In this document: one piece after another, positions 39,781-54,300 of the stretch
Layout of the letters: each line of letters starts with the position of its first letter
Position numbering within the stretch: the first letter of the stretch is position 1
Assembly (NCBI GenBank): GCA_964057225.1
Contig: OZ059896.1
Span: 3,534,001-3,598,000, forward strand
DNA: 64,000 bases
Direction: 5' to 3'
Source: Auanema rhodensis
Lineage: Eukaryota > Animalia > Nematoda
The notes under the pieces: generated by a model
The model's input: the letters and a program-made list of their open reading frames with translations, nothing else
What the model was told of the DNA's origin: nothing
Databases searched by the model: none
Translations under genes and position numbers: made by a program

Positions 39781-41799
39781 AAAACCGCATCTCTTTATCT
39801 TTCACGTGAAGCGAGTTACATACCTAGTGCACATCACGTGTACATTTAATTAGCATAAATTAAAGTTCACGTAAATTTCAAAGTCATGGTTACCATGAAC
39901 CAATATCAATAAAAATTTGTTTTTAGACTAATTTGGACATGGGGAATCTAATTTTGAAAACCGCATCTCTTTATCTTTCAAGTGAAGCGAGTTACATACC
40001 AAGTGCACATCACGTGTACATTTAATTAGCATAAATTAAAGTTCACGTAAATTTCAAATTCATGGTTACCATGAACCAATATCAATAAAAATTTGTTTTT
40101 AAACTAATATGGACATGAGGAATCTAATTTTGAAAACCGCATCTCTTTATCTTTCACGTGAAGCGAGTTACATACCTAGTGCACATCACGTGTACATTTA
40201 ATTAGCATAAATTAAAGTTCACGTAAATTTCAAATTCATGGTTACCATGAACCAATATCAATAAAAATTTGTTTTTAAACTAATATGGACATGGGGATTC
40301 TAATTTTGAAAACCGCATCTCTTTATCTTTCACGTGAAGCGAGTTACATACCTAGTGCACATCACGTGTACATTTAATTAGCATAAATTAAAGTTCACGT
40401 AAATTTCAAAGTCATGGTTACCATGAACCAATATCAATAAAAATTTGTTTTTAGACTAATTTGGACATGGGGAATCTAATTTTGAAAACCGCATCTCTTT
40501 ATCTTTCAAGTGAAGCGAGTTACATACCAAGTGCACATCACGTGTACATTTAATTAGCATAAATTAAAGTTCACGTAAATTTCAAAGTCATGGTTACCAT
40601 GAACCAATATCAATAAAAATTTGTTTTTAGGCTAATTTGGACATGGGGAATCTAATTTTGAAAACCGCATCTCTTTATCTTTCAAGTGAAGCGAGTTACA
40701 TACCAAGTGCACATCACGTGTACATATAATTAGCATAAATTAAAGTTCACGTAAAATTCAAAGTCATGGTTACCATGAACCAATATCAATAAAAATTTGT
40801 TTTTAAACTAATATGGACATGGGGAATCTAATTTTGAAAACCGCATCTCTTTATCTTTCACGTGAAGCGAGTTACATACCTAGTGCACATCACGTGTACA
40901 TTTAATTAGAATAAATTAAAGTTCACGTAAATTTCAAAGTCATGGTTACCATGAACCAATATCAATAAAAATTTGTTTTTAGACTAATTTGGACATGGGG
41001 GCTCTAATTTTGAAAACCGCATCTCTTTATCTTTCAAGTGAAGCGAGTTACATACCGAGTGCACATCACGTGTACATTTAATTAGCATAAATTAAAGTTC
41101 ACGTAAATTTCAAAGTCATGGTTACCATGCACCAATATCAATAAAAATTTGTTTTTAGACTAATTTGGACATGGGGAATCTAATTTTGAAAACCGCATCT
41201 CTTTATCTTTCAAGTGAAGCGAGTTACATACCAAGTGCACATCACGTGTACATTTAATCAGCATAAATTAAAGTTCACGTAAATTTCAAAGTCATGGTTA
41301 CCATGAACCAATATCAATAAAAAGCTGTTTTTAAACTAATATGGACATGGGGAATCTAATTTTGAAAACCGCATCTCTTTATCTTTCACGTGAAGCGAGT
41401 TACATACCTAGAGCACATCACGTGTACATTTAATTAGCATAAATTAAAGTTCGCGTAAATTTCAAAGTGATGGTTACCATGAACCAATATCAATAAAAAT
41501 TTGTTTTTAAACTAATATGGACATGGGGAATCTTATTTTGAAAACCGCATCCCTTTATCTTTCACGTGAAGCGAGTTACATACCTAGTGCACATCACGTG
41601 TACATTTAATTAGCATAAATTAAAGTTCACGTAAATTTCAAAGTCATGGTTACCATGCACCAATATCAATAAAAATTTGTTTTCAAACTAATATGGACAT
41701 GGGGATTCTAATTTTGAAAACCGCATCTCTTTATCTTTCACGTGAAGCGAGTTACATACCTAGTGCACATCACGTGTACATTTAATTAGCATGAATTAA

Positions 41800-44700
41800 A
41801 GTTCACGTAAATTTCAAAGTCATGGTTACCATGAACCAATATCAATAAAAATTTGTTTTTAGACTAATATGGACATGGGGAATCTAATTTTGAAAACCGA
41901 ATCTCTTTATCTTTCACGTGAAGCGAGTTACATACCAAGTGCACATCACGTGTACATTTAATTAGCATAAATTAAAGTTCACGTAAATTTCAAAGTCATG
42001 GTTACCATGAACCAATATCAATAAAAATTTGTTTTTAGACTAATATGGACATGGGGAATCTAATTTTGAAAACCGCATCTCTTTATCTTTCACGTGAAGC
42101 GAGTTACATACCAAGTGCACATCACGTGTACATTTAATTAGCATAAAGTAAAGTTCACGTAAATTTCAAAGTCATGGTTACCATGCACCAATATCAATAA
42201 AAATATGTTTTTAGACTAATATGGACATGGGGAATCTAATTTTGAAAACCGCATCTCTTTATCTTTCACGTGAAGCGAGTTACATACCAAGTGCACATCA
42301 CGTGTACATTTAATTAGCATAAATTAAAGTTCACGTAAATTTCAAAGTCATGGTTACCATGAACCAATATCAATAAAAATTTGTTTTTAGACTAATATGG
42401 ACATGGGGAATCTAATTTTGAAAATCGCATCTCTTTATCTTTCACGTGAAGCGAGTTACATACCAAGTGCACATCACGTGTACATTTAATTAGCATAAAT
42501 TAAAGTTCACGTAAATTTCAAAGTCATGGTTACCATGAACCAATATCAATAAAAATATGTTTTTAGACTAATATGGACATGGGGAATCTAATTTTGAAAA
42601 CCGCATCTCTTTATCTTTCACGTGAAGCGAGTTACATACCAAGTGCACATCACGTGTACATTTAATTAGCATAAATTAAAGTTCACGTAAATTTCAAAGT
42701 CATGGTTACCATGAACCAATATCAATAAAAATATGTTTTTAGACTAATATGGACATGGGGAATCTAATTTTGAAAACCGCATCTCTTTATCTTTCACGTG
42801 AAGCGAGTTACATACCAAGTGCACATCACGTGTACATTTAATTAGCATAAATTAAAGTTCACGTAAATTTCAAAGTCATGGTTACCATGAACCAATATCA
42901 ATAAAAATTTGTTTTTAGACTAATATGGACATGGGGAATCTAATTTTGAAAACCGAATCTCTTTATCTTTCACGTGAAGCGAGTTACATACCAAGTGCAC
43001 ATCACGTGTACACTTAATTAGCATAAATTAAAGTTCACGTAAATTTCAAAGTCATGGTTACCATGCACCAATATCAATAAAAATTTGTTTTTAGACTAAT
43101 ATGGACATGGGGAATCTAATTTTGAAAACCGCATCTCTTTATCTTTCACGTGAAGCGAGTTACATACCAAGTGCACATCACGTGTACATTTAATTAGCAT
43201 AAATTAAAGTTCACGTAAATTTCAAAGTCATGGTTACCATGCACCAATATCAATAAAAATTTGTTTTTAGACTAATATGGACATGGGGAATCTAATTTTG
43301 AAAACCGCATCTCTTTATCTTTCACGTGAAGCGAGTTACATACCAAGTGCACATCACGTGTACATTTAATTAGCATAAATTAAAGTTCACGTAAATTTCA
43401 AAGTCATGGTTACCATGCACCAATATCAATAAAAATTTGTTTTTAGACTAATATGGACATGGGGAATCTAATTTTGAAAACCGCATCTCTTTATCTTTCA
43501 CGTGAAGCGAGTTACATACCAAGTGCACATCACGTGTACATTTAATTAGCATAAAGTAAAGTTCACGTAAATTTCAAAGTCATGGTTACCATGAACCAAT
43601 ATCAATAAAAATTTGTTTTTAGACTAATATGGACATGGGGAATCTAATTTTGAAAACCGCATCTCTTTATCTTTCACGTGAAGCGAGTTACATACCAAGT
43701 GCACATCACGTGTACATTTAATTAGCATAAATTAAAGTTCACGTAAATTTCAAAGTCATGGTTACCATGCACCAATATTAATAAAAATTTGTTTTTAGAC
43801 TAATATGGACATGGGGAATCTAATTTTGAAAACCGCATCTCTTTATCTTTCACGTGAAGCGTGTTACATACCAAGTGCACATCACGTGTACATTTAATTA
43901 GCATAAATTAAAGTTCACGTAAATTTCAAAGTCATGGTTACCATGCACCAATATCAATAAAAATTTGTTTTTAGACTAATATGGACATGGGGAATCTAAT
44001 TTTGAAAACCGCATCTCTTTATCTTTCAAGTGAAGCGAGTTACATACCAAGTGCACATCACGTGTACATTTAATTAGCATAAATTAAAGTTCACGTAAAT
44101 TTCAAAGTCATGGTTACCATGCACCAATATCAATAAAAATTTGTTTTTAGACTAATATGAACATGGGGAATCTAATTTTGGAAACCGCATCTCTTTATCT
44201 TTCACGTGAAGCGAGTTACATACCAAGTGCACATAACGTGTACATTTAATTAGCATAAATTAAAGTTCACGTAAATTTCAAAGTCATGGTTACCATGAAC
44301 CAATATCAATAAAAATTTGTTTTCAGACTAATTTGGACATGGGGAATCTAATTTTGAAAACCGCATCTCTTTATCTTTCAAGTGAAGCGAGTTACATACC
44401 AAGTGCACATCACGTGTACATTTAATTAGCATAAATTAAAGTTCACGTAAATTTCAAAGTCATGGTTACCATGCACCAATATTAATAAAAATTTGTTTTT
44501 AGACTAATATGGACATGAGGAATCTAATTTTGAAAATCGCATCTCTTTATCTTTCACGTGAAGCGAGTTACATACCAAGTGCACATCACGTGTACATTTA
44601 ATTAGCATAAATTAAAGTTCACGTAAATTTCAAAGTCATGGTTACCATGCACCAATATTAATAAAAATTTGTTTTTAGACTAATATGGACATGGGGAATC

Positions 44701-47700
44701 TAATTTTGAAAACCGCATCTCTTTATCTTTCACGTGAAGCGAGTTACATACCAAGTGCACATCACGTGTACATTTAATTAGCATAAATTAAAGTTCACGT
44801 AAATTTCAAAGTCATGGTTACCATGAACCAATATCAATAAAAATTTGTTTTTAGACTAATATGGACATGGGGAATCTAATTTTGAAAACCGCATCTCTTT
44901 ATCTTTCAAGTGAAGCGAGTTACATACCAAGTGCACATCACGTGTACATTTAATTAGCATAAATTAAAGTTCACGTAAATTTCAAAGTCATGGTTACCAT
45001 GCACCAATATCAATAAAAATTTGTTTTTAGACTAATATGGACATGGGGAATCTAATTTTGAAAATCGCATCTCTTTATCTTTCACGTGAAGCGAGTTACA
45101 TACCAAGTGCACATCACGTGTACATTTAATTAGCATAAATTAAAGTTCACGTAAATTTCAAAGTCATGGTTACCATGAACCAATATCAATAAAAATTTGT
45201 TTTTAGACTAATATGGACATGGGGAATCTAATTTTGAAAACCGCATCTCTTTATCTTTCAAGTGAAGCGAGTTACATACCAAGTGCACATCACGTGTACA
45301 TTTAATTAGCATAAATTAAAGTTCACGTAAATTTCAAAGTCATGGTTACCATGCACCAATATTAATAAAAATTTGTTTTTAGACTAATATGGACATGAGG
45401 AATCTAATTTTGAAAATCGCATCTCTTTATCTTTCACGTGAAGCGAGTTACATACCAAGTGCACATCACGTGTACATTTAATTAGCATAAATTAAAGTTC
45501 ACGTAAATTTCAAAGTCATGGTTACCATGCACCAATATTAATAAAAATTTGTTTTTAGACTAATATGGACATGGGGAATCTAATTTTGAAAACCGCATCT
45601 CTTTATCTTTCACGTGAAGCGAGTTACATACCAAGTGCACATCACGTGTACATTTAATTAGCATAAATTAAAGTTCACGTAAATTTCAAAGTCATGGTTA
45701 CCATGAACCAATATCAATAAAAATTTGTTTTTAGACTAATATGGACATGGGGAATCTAATTTTGAAAACCGCATCTCTTTATCTTTCAAGTGAAGCGAGT
45801 TACATACCAAGTGCACATCACGTGTACATTTAATTAGCATAAATTAAAGTTCACGTAAATTTCAAAGTCATGGTTACCATGCACCAATATCAATAAAAAT
45901 TTGTTTTTAGACTAATATGGACATGGGGAATCTAATTTTGAAAACCGCATCTCTTTATCTTTCACGTGAAGCGAGTTACATACCAAGTGCACATCACGTG
46001 TACATTTAATTAGCATAAATTAAAGTTCACGTAAATTTCAAAGTCATGGTTACCATGCACCAATATTAATAAAAATTTGTTTTTAGACTAATATGGACAT
46101 GGGGAATTTAATTTTGAAAACCGCATCTCTTTATCTTTCAAGTGAAGCGAGTTACATACCAAGTGCACATCACGTGTACATTTAATTAGCATAAATTAAA
46201 GTTCACGTAAATTTCAAAGTCATGGTTACCATGCACCAATATTAATAAAAATTTGTTTTTAGACTAATATGGACATGAGGAATCTAATTTTGAAAATCGC
46301 ATCTCTTTATCTTTCACGTGAAGCGAGTTACATACCAAGTGCACATCACGTGTACATTTAATTAGCATAAATTAAAGTTCACGTAAATTTCAAAGTCATG
46401 GTTACCATGCACCAATATTAATAAAAATTTGTTTTTAGACTAATATGGACATGGGGAATCTAATTTTGAAAACCGCATCTCTTTATCTTTCACGTGAAGC
46501 GAGTTACATACCAAGTGCACATCACGTGTACATTTAATTAGCATAAATTAAAGTTCACGTAAATTTCAAAGTCATGGTTACCATGCACCAATATTAATAA
46601 AAATTTGTTTTTAGACTAATTTGGACATGAGGAATCTAATTTTGAAAATCGCATCTCTTTAGCTTTCACGTGAAGCGAGTTACATACCAAGTGCACATCA
46701 CGTGTACATTTAATTAGCATAAATTAAAGTTCACGTAAATTTCAAAGTCATGGTTACCATGCACCAATATTAATAAAAATTTGTTTTTAGACTAATATGG
46801 ACATGAGGAATCTAATTTTGAAAATCGCATCTCTTTATCTTTCACGTGAAGCGAGTTACATACCAAGTGCACATCACGTGTACATTTAATTAGCATAAAT
46901 TAAAGTTCACGTAAATTTCAAAGTCATGGTTACCATGCACCAATATTAATAAAAATTTGTTTTTAGACTAATATGGACATGGGGAATCTAATTTTGAAAA
47001 CCGCATCTCTTTATCTTTCACGTGAAGCGAGTTACATACCAAGTGCACATCACGTGTACATTTAATTAGCATAAATTAAAGTTCACGTAAATTTCAAAGT
47101 CATGGTTACCATGAACCAATATCAATAAAAATTTGTTTTTAGACTAATATGGACATGGGGAATCTAATTTTGAAAACCGCATCTCTTTATCTTTCAAGTG
47201 AAGCGAGTTACATACCAAGTGCACATCACGTGTACATTTAATTAGCATAAATTAAAGTTCACGTAAATTTCAAAGTCATGGTTACCATGCACCAATATCA
47301 ATAAAAATTTGTTTTTAGACTAATATGGACATGGGGAATCTAATTTTGAAAACCGCATCTCTTTATCTTTCACGTGAAGCGAGTTACATACCAAGTGCAC
47401 ATCACGTGTACATTTAATTAGCATAAATTAAAGTTCACGTAAATTTCAAAGTCATGGTTACCATGCACCAATATCAATAAAAATTTGTTTTTAGACTAAT
47501 ATGGACATGGGGAATCTAATTTTGAAAACCGCATCTCTTTATCTTTCACGTGAAGCGAGTTACATACCAAGTGCACATCACGTGTACACTTAATTAGCAT
47601 AAATTAAAGTTCACGTAAATTTCAAAGTCATGGTTACCATGCACCAATATCAATAAAAATTTGTTTTTAGACTAATATGAACATGGGAAATCTAATTTTG

Positions 47701-48500
47701 AAAACCGCATCTCTTTATCTTTCAAGTGAAGCGAGTTACATACCAAGTGCACATCACGTGTACATTTAATTAGCATAAATTAAAGTTCACGTAAATTTCA
47801 AAGTCATGGTTACCATGAACCAATATCAATAAAAATTTGTTTTCAGACTAATTTGGACATGGGGAATCTAATTTTGAAAACCGCATCTCTTTATCTTTCA
47901 AGTGAAGCGAGTTACATACCAAGTGCACATCACGTGTACATTTAATTAGCATAAATTAAAGTTCACGTAAATTTCAAAGTCATGGTTACCATGCACCAAT
48001 ATTAATAAAAATTTGTTTTTAGACTAATATGGACATGAGGAATCTAATTTTGAAAATCGCATCTCTTTATCTTTCACGTGAAGCGAGTTACATACCAAGT
48101 GCACATCACGTGTACATTTAATTAGCATAAATTAAAGTTCACGTAAATTTCAAAGTCATGGTTACCATGCACCAATATTAATAAAAATTTGTTTTTAGAC
48201 TAATATGGACATGGGGAATCTAATTTTGAAAACCGCATCTCTTTATCTTTCACGTGAAGCGAGTTACATACCAAGTGCACATCACGTGTACATTTAATTA
48301 GCATAAATTAAAGTTCACGTAAATTTCAAAGTCATGGTTACCATGAACCAATATCAATAAAAATTTGTTTTTAGACTAATATGGACATGGGGAATCTAAT
48401 TTTGAAAACCGCATCTCTTTATCTTTCAAGTGAAGCGAGTTACATACCAAGTGCACATCACGTGTACATTTAATTAGCATAAATTAAAGTTCACGTAAAT
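41800..48500. repeat. Sub-family domain D, first copy (near-consensus monomers; 'atgaggaatc...aaaatcgc', 'aatattaata')
   Basis: There are no T50 or 'catataaag' variants. The linked 'atgagg/aaatcg' marker is at ~44518, 45398, 46278, 46630, 46806 and 48038. Confidence 0.85.
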
Positions 48501-51500
48501 TTCAAAGTCATGGTTACCATGAACCAATATCAATAAAAATTTGTTTTTAAACTAATATGGACATGGGGATTCTAATTTTGAAAACCGCATCTCTTTATCT
48601 TTCACGTGAAGCGAGTTACATATAAAGTGCACATCACGTGTACATTTAATTAGCATAAATTAAAGTTCACGTAAATTTCAAAGTCATGGTTACCATGCAC
48701 CAATATTAATAAAAATTTGTTTTTAGACTAATATGGACATGGGGAATCTAATTTTGAAAACCGCATCTCTTTATCTTTCAAGTGAAGCGAGTTACATACC
48801 AAGTGCACATCACGTGTACACTTAATTAGCATAAATTAAAGTTCACGTAAATTTCAAAGTCATGGTTACCATGCACCAATATCAATGAAAATTTGTTTTT
48901 GGACTAATATGGACATGGGGAATCTAATTTTGAAAACCGCATCTCTTTATCTTTCAAGTGAAGCGAGTTACATACCAAGTGCACATCACGTGTACATTTA
49001 ATTAGCATAAATTAAAGTTCACGTAAATTTCAAAGTCATGGTTACCATGAACCAATATCAATAAAAATTTGTTTTTAAACTAATATGGACATGGGGATTC
49101 TAATTTTGAAAACCGCATCTCTTTATCTTTCACGTGAAGCGAGTTACATATAAAGTGCACATCACGTGTACATTTAATTAGCATAAATTAAAGTTCACGT
49201 AAAATTCAAAGTCATGGTTACCATGAACCAATATCAATAAAAATTTGTTTTTAAACTAATATGGACATGGGGAATCTAATTTTGAAAACCGCATCTCTTT
49301 ATCTTTCACGTGAAGCGAGTTACATACCTAGTGCACATCACGTGTACATTTAATTAGCATAAATTAAAGTTCACGTAAATTTCAAAGTCATGGTTACCAT
49401 GAACCAATATCAATAACAATTTGTTTTTAGACTAATATGGACATGGGGAATCTAATTTTGAAAACCGCATCTCTTTATCTTTCACGTGAAGCGAGTTACA
49501 TATAAAGTGCACATCACGTGTACATTTAATTAGCATAAATTAAAGTTCACGTAAATTTCAAAGTCATGGTTACCATGCACCAATATTAATAAAAATTGGT
49601 TTTTAGACTAATATGGACATGGGGAATCTAATTTTGAAAACTGCATCTCTTTATCTTTCACGTGAAGCGAGTTACATACCAAGTGCACATCACGTGTACA
49701 CTTAATTAGCATAAATTAAAGTTCACGTTAATTTCAAAGTCATGGTTACCATGAACCAATATCAATAAAAATTTGTTTTTAGACTAATATGGACATGGGG
49801 AATCTAATTTTGAAAACCGCATCTCTTTATCTTTCACGTGAAGCGAGTTACATATAAAGTGCACATCACGTGTACATTTAATTAGCATAAATTAAAGTTC
49901 ACGTAAATTTCAAAGTCATGGTTACCATGCACCAATATTAATAAAAATTTGTTTTTAGACTAATATGGACATGGGGAATCTAATTTTGAAAACCGCATCT
50001 CTTTATCTTTCACGTGAAGCGAGTTACATACCAAGTGCACATCACGTGTACACTAAATTAGCATAAATTAAAGTTCACGTTAATTTCAAAGTCATGGTTA
50101 CCATGCACCAATATCAATAAAAATTTGTTTTTAGACTAATTTGGACATGGGGAATCTAATTTTGAAAACCGCATCTCTTTATCTTTCACGTGAGGCGAGT
50201 TACATACCAAGTGCACATCACGTGTACATTTAATTAGCATAAATTAAAGTTCACGTAAATTTCAAAGTCATGGTTACCATGAACCAATATCAATAAAAAT
50301 TTGTTTTTAGACTAATATGGACATGGGGAATCTAATTTTGAAAACCGCATCTCTTTATCTTTCAAGTGAAGCGAGTTACATACCAAGTGCACATCACGTG
50401 TACATTTAATTAGCATAAATTAAAGTTCACGTAAATTTCAAATTCATGGTTACCATGAACCAATATCAATAAAAATTTGTTTTTAAACTAATATGGACAT
50501 GGGGATTCTAATTTTGAAAACCGCATCTCTTTATCTTTCACGTGAAGCGAGTTACATACCTAGTGCACATCACGTGTACATTTAATTAGCATAAATTAAA
50601 GTTCACGTAAATTTCAAAGTCATGGTTACCATGAACCAATATCAATAAAAATTTGTTTTTAGACTAATTTGGACATGGGGAATCTAATTTTGAAAACCGC
50701 ATCTCTTTATCTTTCAAGTGAAGCGAGTTACATACCAAGTGCACATCACGTGTACATTTAATTAGCATAAATTAAAGTTCACGTAAATTTCAAATTCATG
50801 GTTACCATGAACCAATATCAATAAAAATTTGTTTTTAAACTAATATGGACATGGGGAATCTAATTTTGAAAACCGCATCTCTTTATCTTTCACGTGAAGC
50901 GAGTTACATACCTAGTGCACATCACGTGTACATTTAATTAGCATAAATTAAAGTTCACGTAAATTTCAAATTCATGGTTACCATGAACCAATATCAATAA
51001 AAATTTGTTTTTAAACTAATATGGACATGGGGATTCTAATTTTGAAAACCGCATCTCTTTATCTTTCACGTGAAGCGAGTTACATACCTAGTGCACATCA
51101 CGTGTACATTTAATTAGCATAAATTAAAGTTCACGTAAATTTCAAAGTCATGGTTACCATGAACCAATATCAATAAAAATTTGTTTTTAGACTAATTTGG
51201 ACATGGGGAATCTAATTTTGAAAACCGCATCTCTTTATCTTTCAAGTTAAGCGAGTTACATACCAAGTGCACATCACGTGTACATTTAATTAGCATAAAT
51301 TAAAGTTCACGTAAATTTCAAAGTCATGGTTACCATGAACCAATATCAATAAAAATTTGTTTTTAGGCTAATTTGGACATGGGGAATCTAATTTTGAAAA
51401 CCTCATCTCTTTATCTTTCAAGTGAAGCGAGTTACATACCAAGTGCACATCACGTGTACATATAATTAGCATAAATTAAAGTTCACGTAAAATTCAAAGT

Positions 51501-54300
51501 CATGGTTACCATGAACCAATATCAATAAAAATTTGTTTTTAAACTAATATGGACATGGGGAATCTAATTTTGAAAACCGCATCTCTTTATCTTTCACGTG
51601 AAGCGAGTTACATACCTAGTGCACATCACGTGTACATTTAATTAGAATAAATTAAAGTTCACGTAAATTTCAAAGTCATGGTTACCATGAACCAATATCA
51701 ATAAAAATTTGTTTTTAGACTAATTTGGACATGGGGGCTCTAATTTTGAAAACCGCATCTCTTTATCTTTCAAGTGAAGCGAGTTACATACCGAGTGCAC
51801 ATCACGTGTACATTTAATTAGCATAAATTAAAGTTCACGTAAATTTCAAAGTCATGGTTACCATGCACCAATATCAATAAAAATTTGTTTTTAGACTAAT
51901 TTGGACATGGGGAATCTAATTTTGAAAACCGCATCTCTTTATCTTTCAAGTGAAGCGAGTTACATACCAAGTGCACATCACGTGTACATTTAATCAGCAT
52001 AAATTAAAGTTCACGTAAATTTCAAAGTCATGGTTACCATGAACCAATATCAATAAAAAGCTGTTTTTAAACTAATATGGACATGGGGAATCTAATTTTG
52101 AAAACCGCATCTCTTTATCTTTCACGTGAAGCGAGTTACATACCTAGAGCACATCACGTGTACATTTAATTAGCATAAATTAAAGTTCGCGTAAATTTCA
52201 AAGTGATGGTTACCATGAACCAATATCAATAAAAATTTGTTTTTAAACTAATATGGACATGGGGAATCTTATTTTGAAAACCGCATCCCTTTATCTTTCA
52301 CGTGAAGCGAGTTACATACCTAGTGCACATCACGTGTACATTTAATTAGCATAAATTAAAGTTCACGTAAATTTCAAAGTCATGGTTACCATGCACCAAT
52401 ATCAATAAAAATTTGTTTTCAAACTAATATGGACATGGGGATTCTAATTTTGAAAACCGCATCTCTTTATCTTTCACGTGAAGCGAGTTACATACCTAGT
52501 GCACATCACGTGTACATTTAATTAGCATAAATTAAAGTTCACGTAAATTTCAAAGTCATGGTTACCATGAACCAATATCAATAAAAATTTGTTTTTAGAC
52601 TAATTTGGACATGGGGAATCTAATTTTGAAAACCGCATCTCTTTATCTTTCACGTGAAGCGAGTTACATATAAAGTGCACATCACGTGTACATTTAATTA
52701 GCATAAATTAAAGTTCACGTAAATTTCAAAGTCATGGTTACCATGCACCAATATTAATAAAAATTTGTTTTTAGACTAATTTGGACATGGGGAATCTAAT
52801 TTTGAAAACCGCATCTCTTTATCTTTCACGTGAAGCGAGTTACATACCAAGTGCACATCACGTGTACATTTAATTAGCATAAATTAAAGTTCACGTAAAT
52901 TTCAAAGTCATGGTTACCATGAACCAATATCAATAAAAATTTGTTTTTAGACTAATATGGACATGGGGAATCTAATTTTGAAAACCGAATCTCTTTATCT
53001 TTCACGTGAAGCGAGTTACATACCTAGAGCACATCACGTGTACATTTAATTAGCATAAATTAAAGTTCACGTAAATTTCAAAGTCATGGTTACCATGCAC
53101 CAATATTAATAAAAATTTGTTTTTAGACTAATTTGGACATGGGGAATCTAATTTTGAAAACCGCATCTCTTTATCTTTCACGTGAAGCGAGTTACATACC
53201 AAGTGCACATCACGTGTACATTTAATTAGCATAAATTAAAGTTCACGTAAATTTCAAAGTCATGGTTACCATGAACCAATATCAATAAAAATTTGTTTTT
53301 AGACTAATATGGACATGGGGAATCTAATTTTGAAAACCGAATCTCTTTATCTTTCACGTGAAGCGAGTTACATACCTAGAGCACATCACGTGTACACTTA
53401 ATTAGCATAAATTAAAGTTCACGTAAATTTCAAAGTCATGGTTACCATGCACCAATATTAATAAAAATTTGTTTTTAGACTAATTTGGACATGGGGATTC
53501 TAATTTTGAAAACCGCATCTCTTTATCTTTCACGTGAAGCGAGTTACATACCAAGTGCACATCACGTGTACATTTAATTAGCATAAATTAAAGTTCACGT
53601 AAATTTCAAAGTCATGGTTACCATGAACCAATATCAATAAAAATTTGTTTTTAGACTAATATGGACATGGGGAATCTAATTTTGAAAACCGCATCTCTTT
53701 ATCTTTCACGTGAAGCGAGTTACATATAAAGTGCACATCACGTGTACATTTAATTAGCATAAATTAAAGTTCACGTAAATTTCAAAGTCATGGTTACCAT
53801 GCACCAATATTAATAAAAATTTGTTTTTAGACTAATTTGGACATGGGGAATCTAATTTTGAAAACCGCATCTCTTTATCTTTCACGTGAAGCGAGTTACA
53901 TACCAAGTGCACATCACGTGTACATTTAATTAGCATAAATTAAAGTTCACGTAAATTTCAAAGTCATGGTTACCATGAACCAATATCAATAAAAATTTGT
54001 TTTTAGACTAATATGGACATGGGGAATCTAATTTTGAAAACCGAATCTCTTTATCTTTCACGTGAAGCGAGTTACATACCTAGAGCACATCACGTGTACA
54101 CTTAATTAGCATAAATTAAAGTTCACGTAAATTTCAAAGTCATGGTTACCATGCACCAATATTAATAAAAATTTGTTTTTAGACTAATTTGGACATGGGG
54201 ATTCTAATTTTGAAAACCGCATCTCTTTATCTTTCACGTGAAGCGAGTTACATACCTAGTGCACATCACGTGTACATTTAATTAGCATGAATTAAAGTTC
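48500..54300. repeat. Return of domain C-type monomers (part of the large duplication)
   Basis: The rare variants match those of 37800-41800 at offset 10736 bp, followed by 10 extra monomers. Confidence 0.88.

Larger units (their letters stand above)
9300..41800. repeat. Sub-family domain C (T50 'tacctagt', 'catataaag', 'ctaatttgg', 'ggggattct')
   Basis: 'cctagt' first appears at ~9377, is common through ~41761, then is absent until the duplicated copy at ~49330. Confidence 0.85.
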
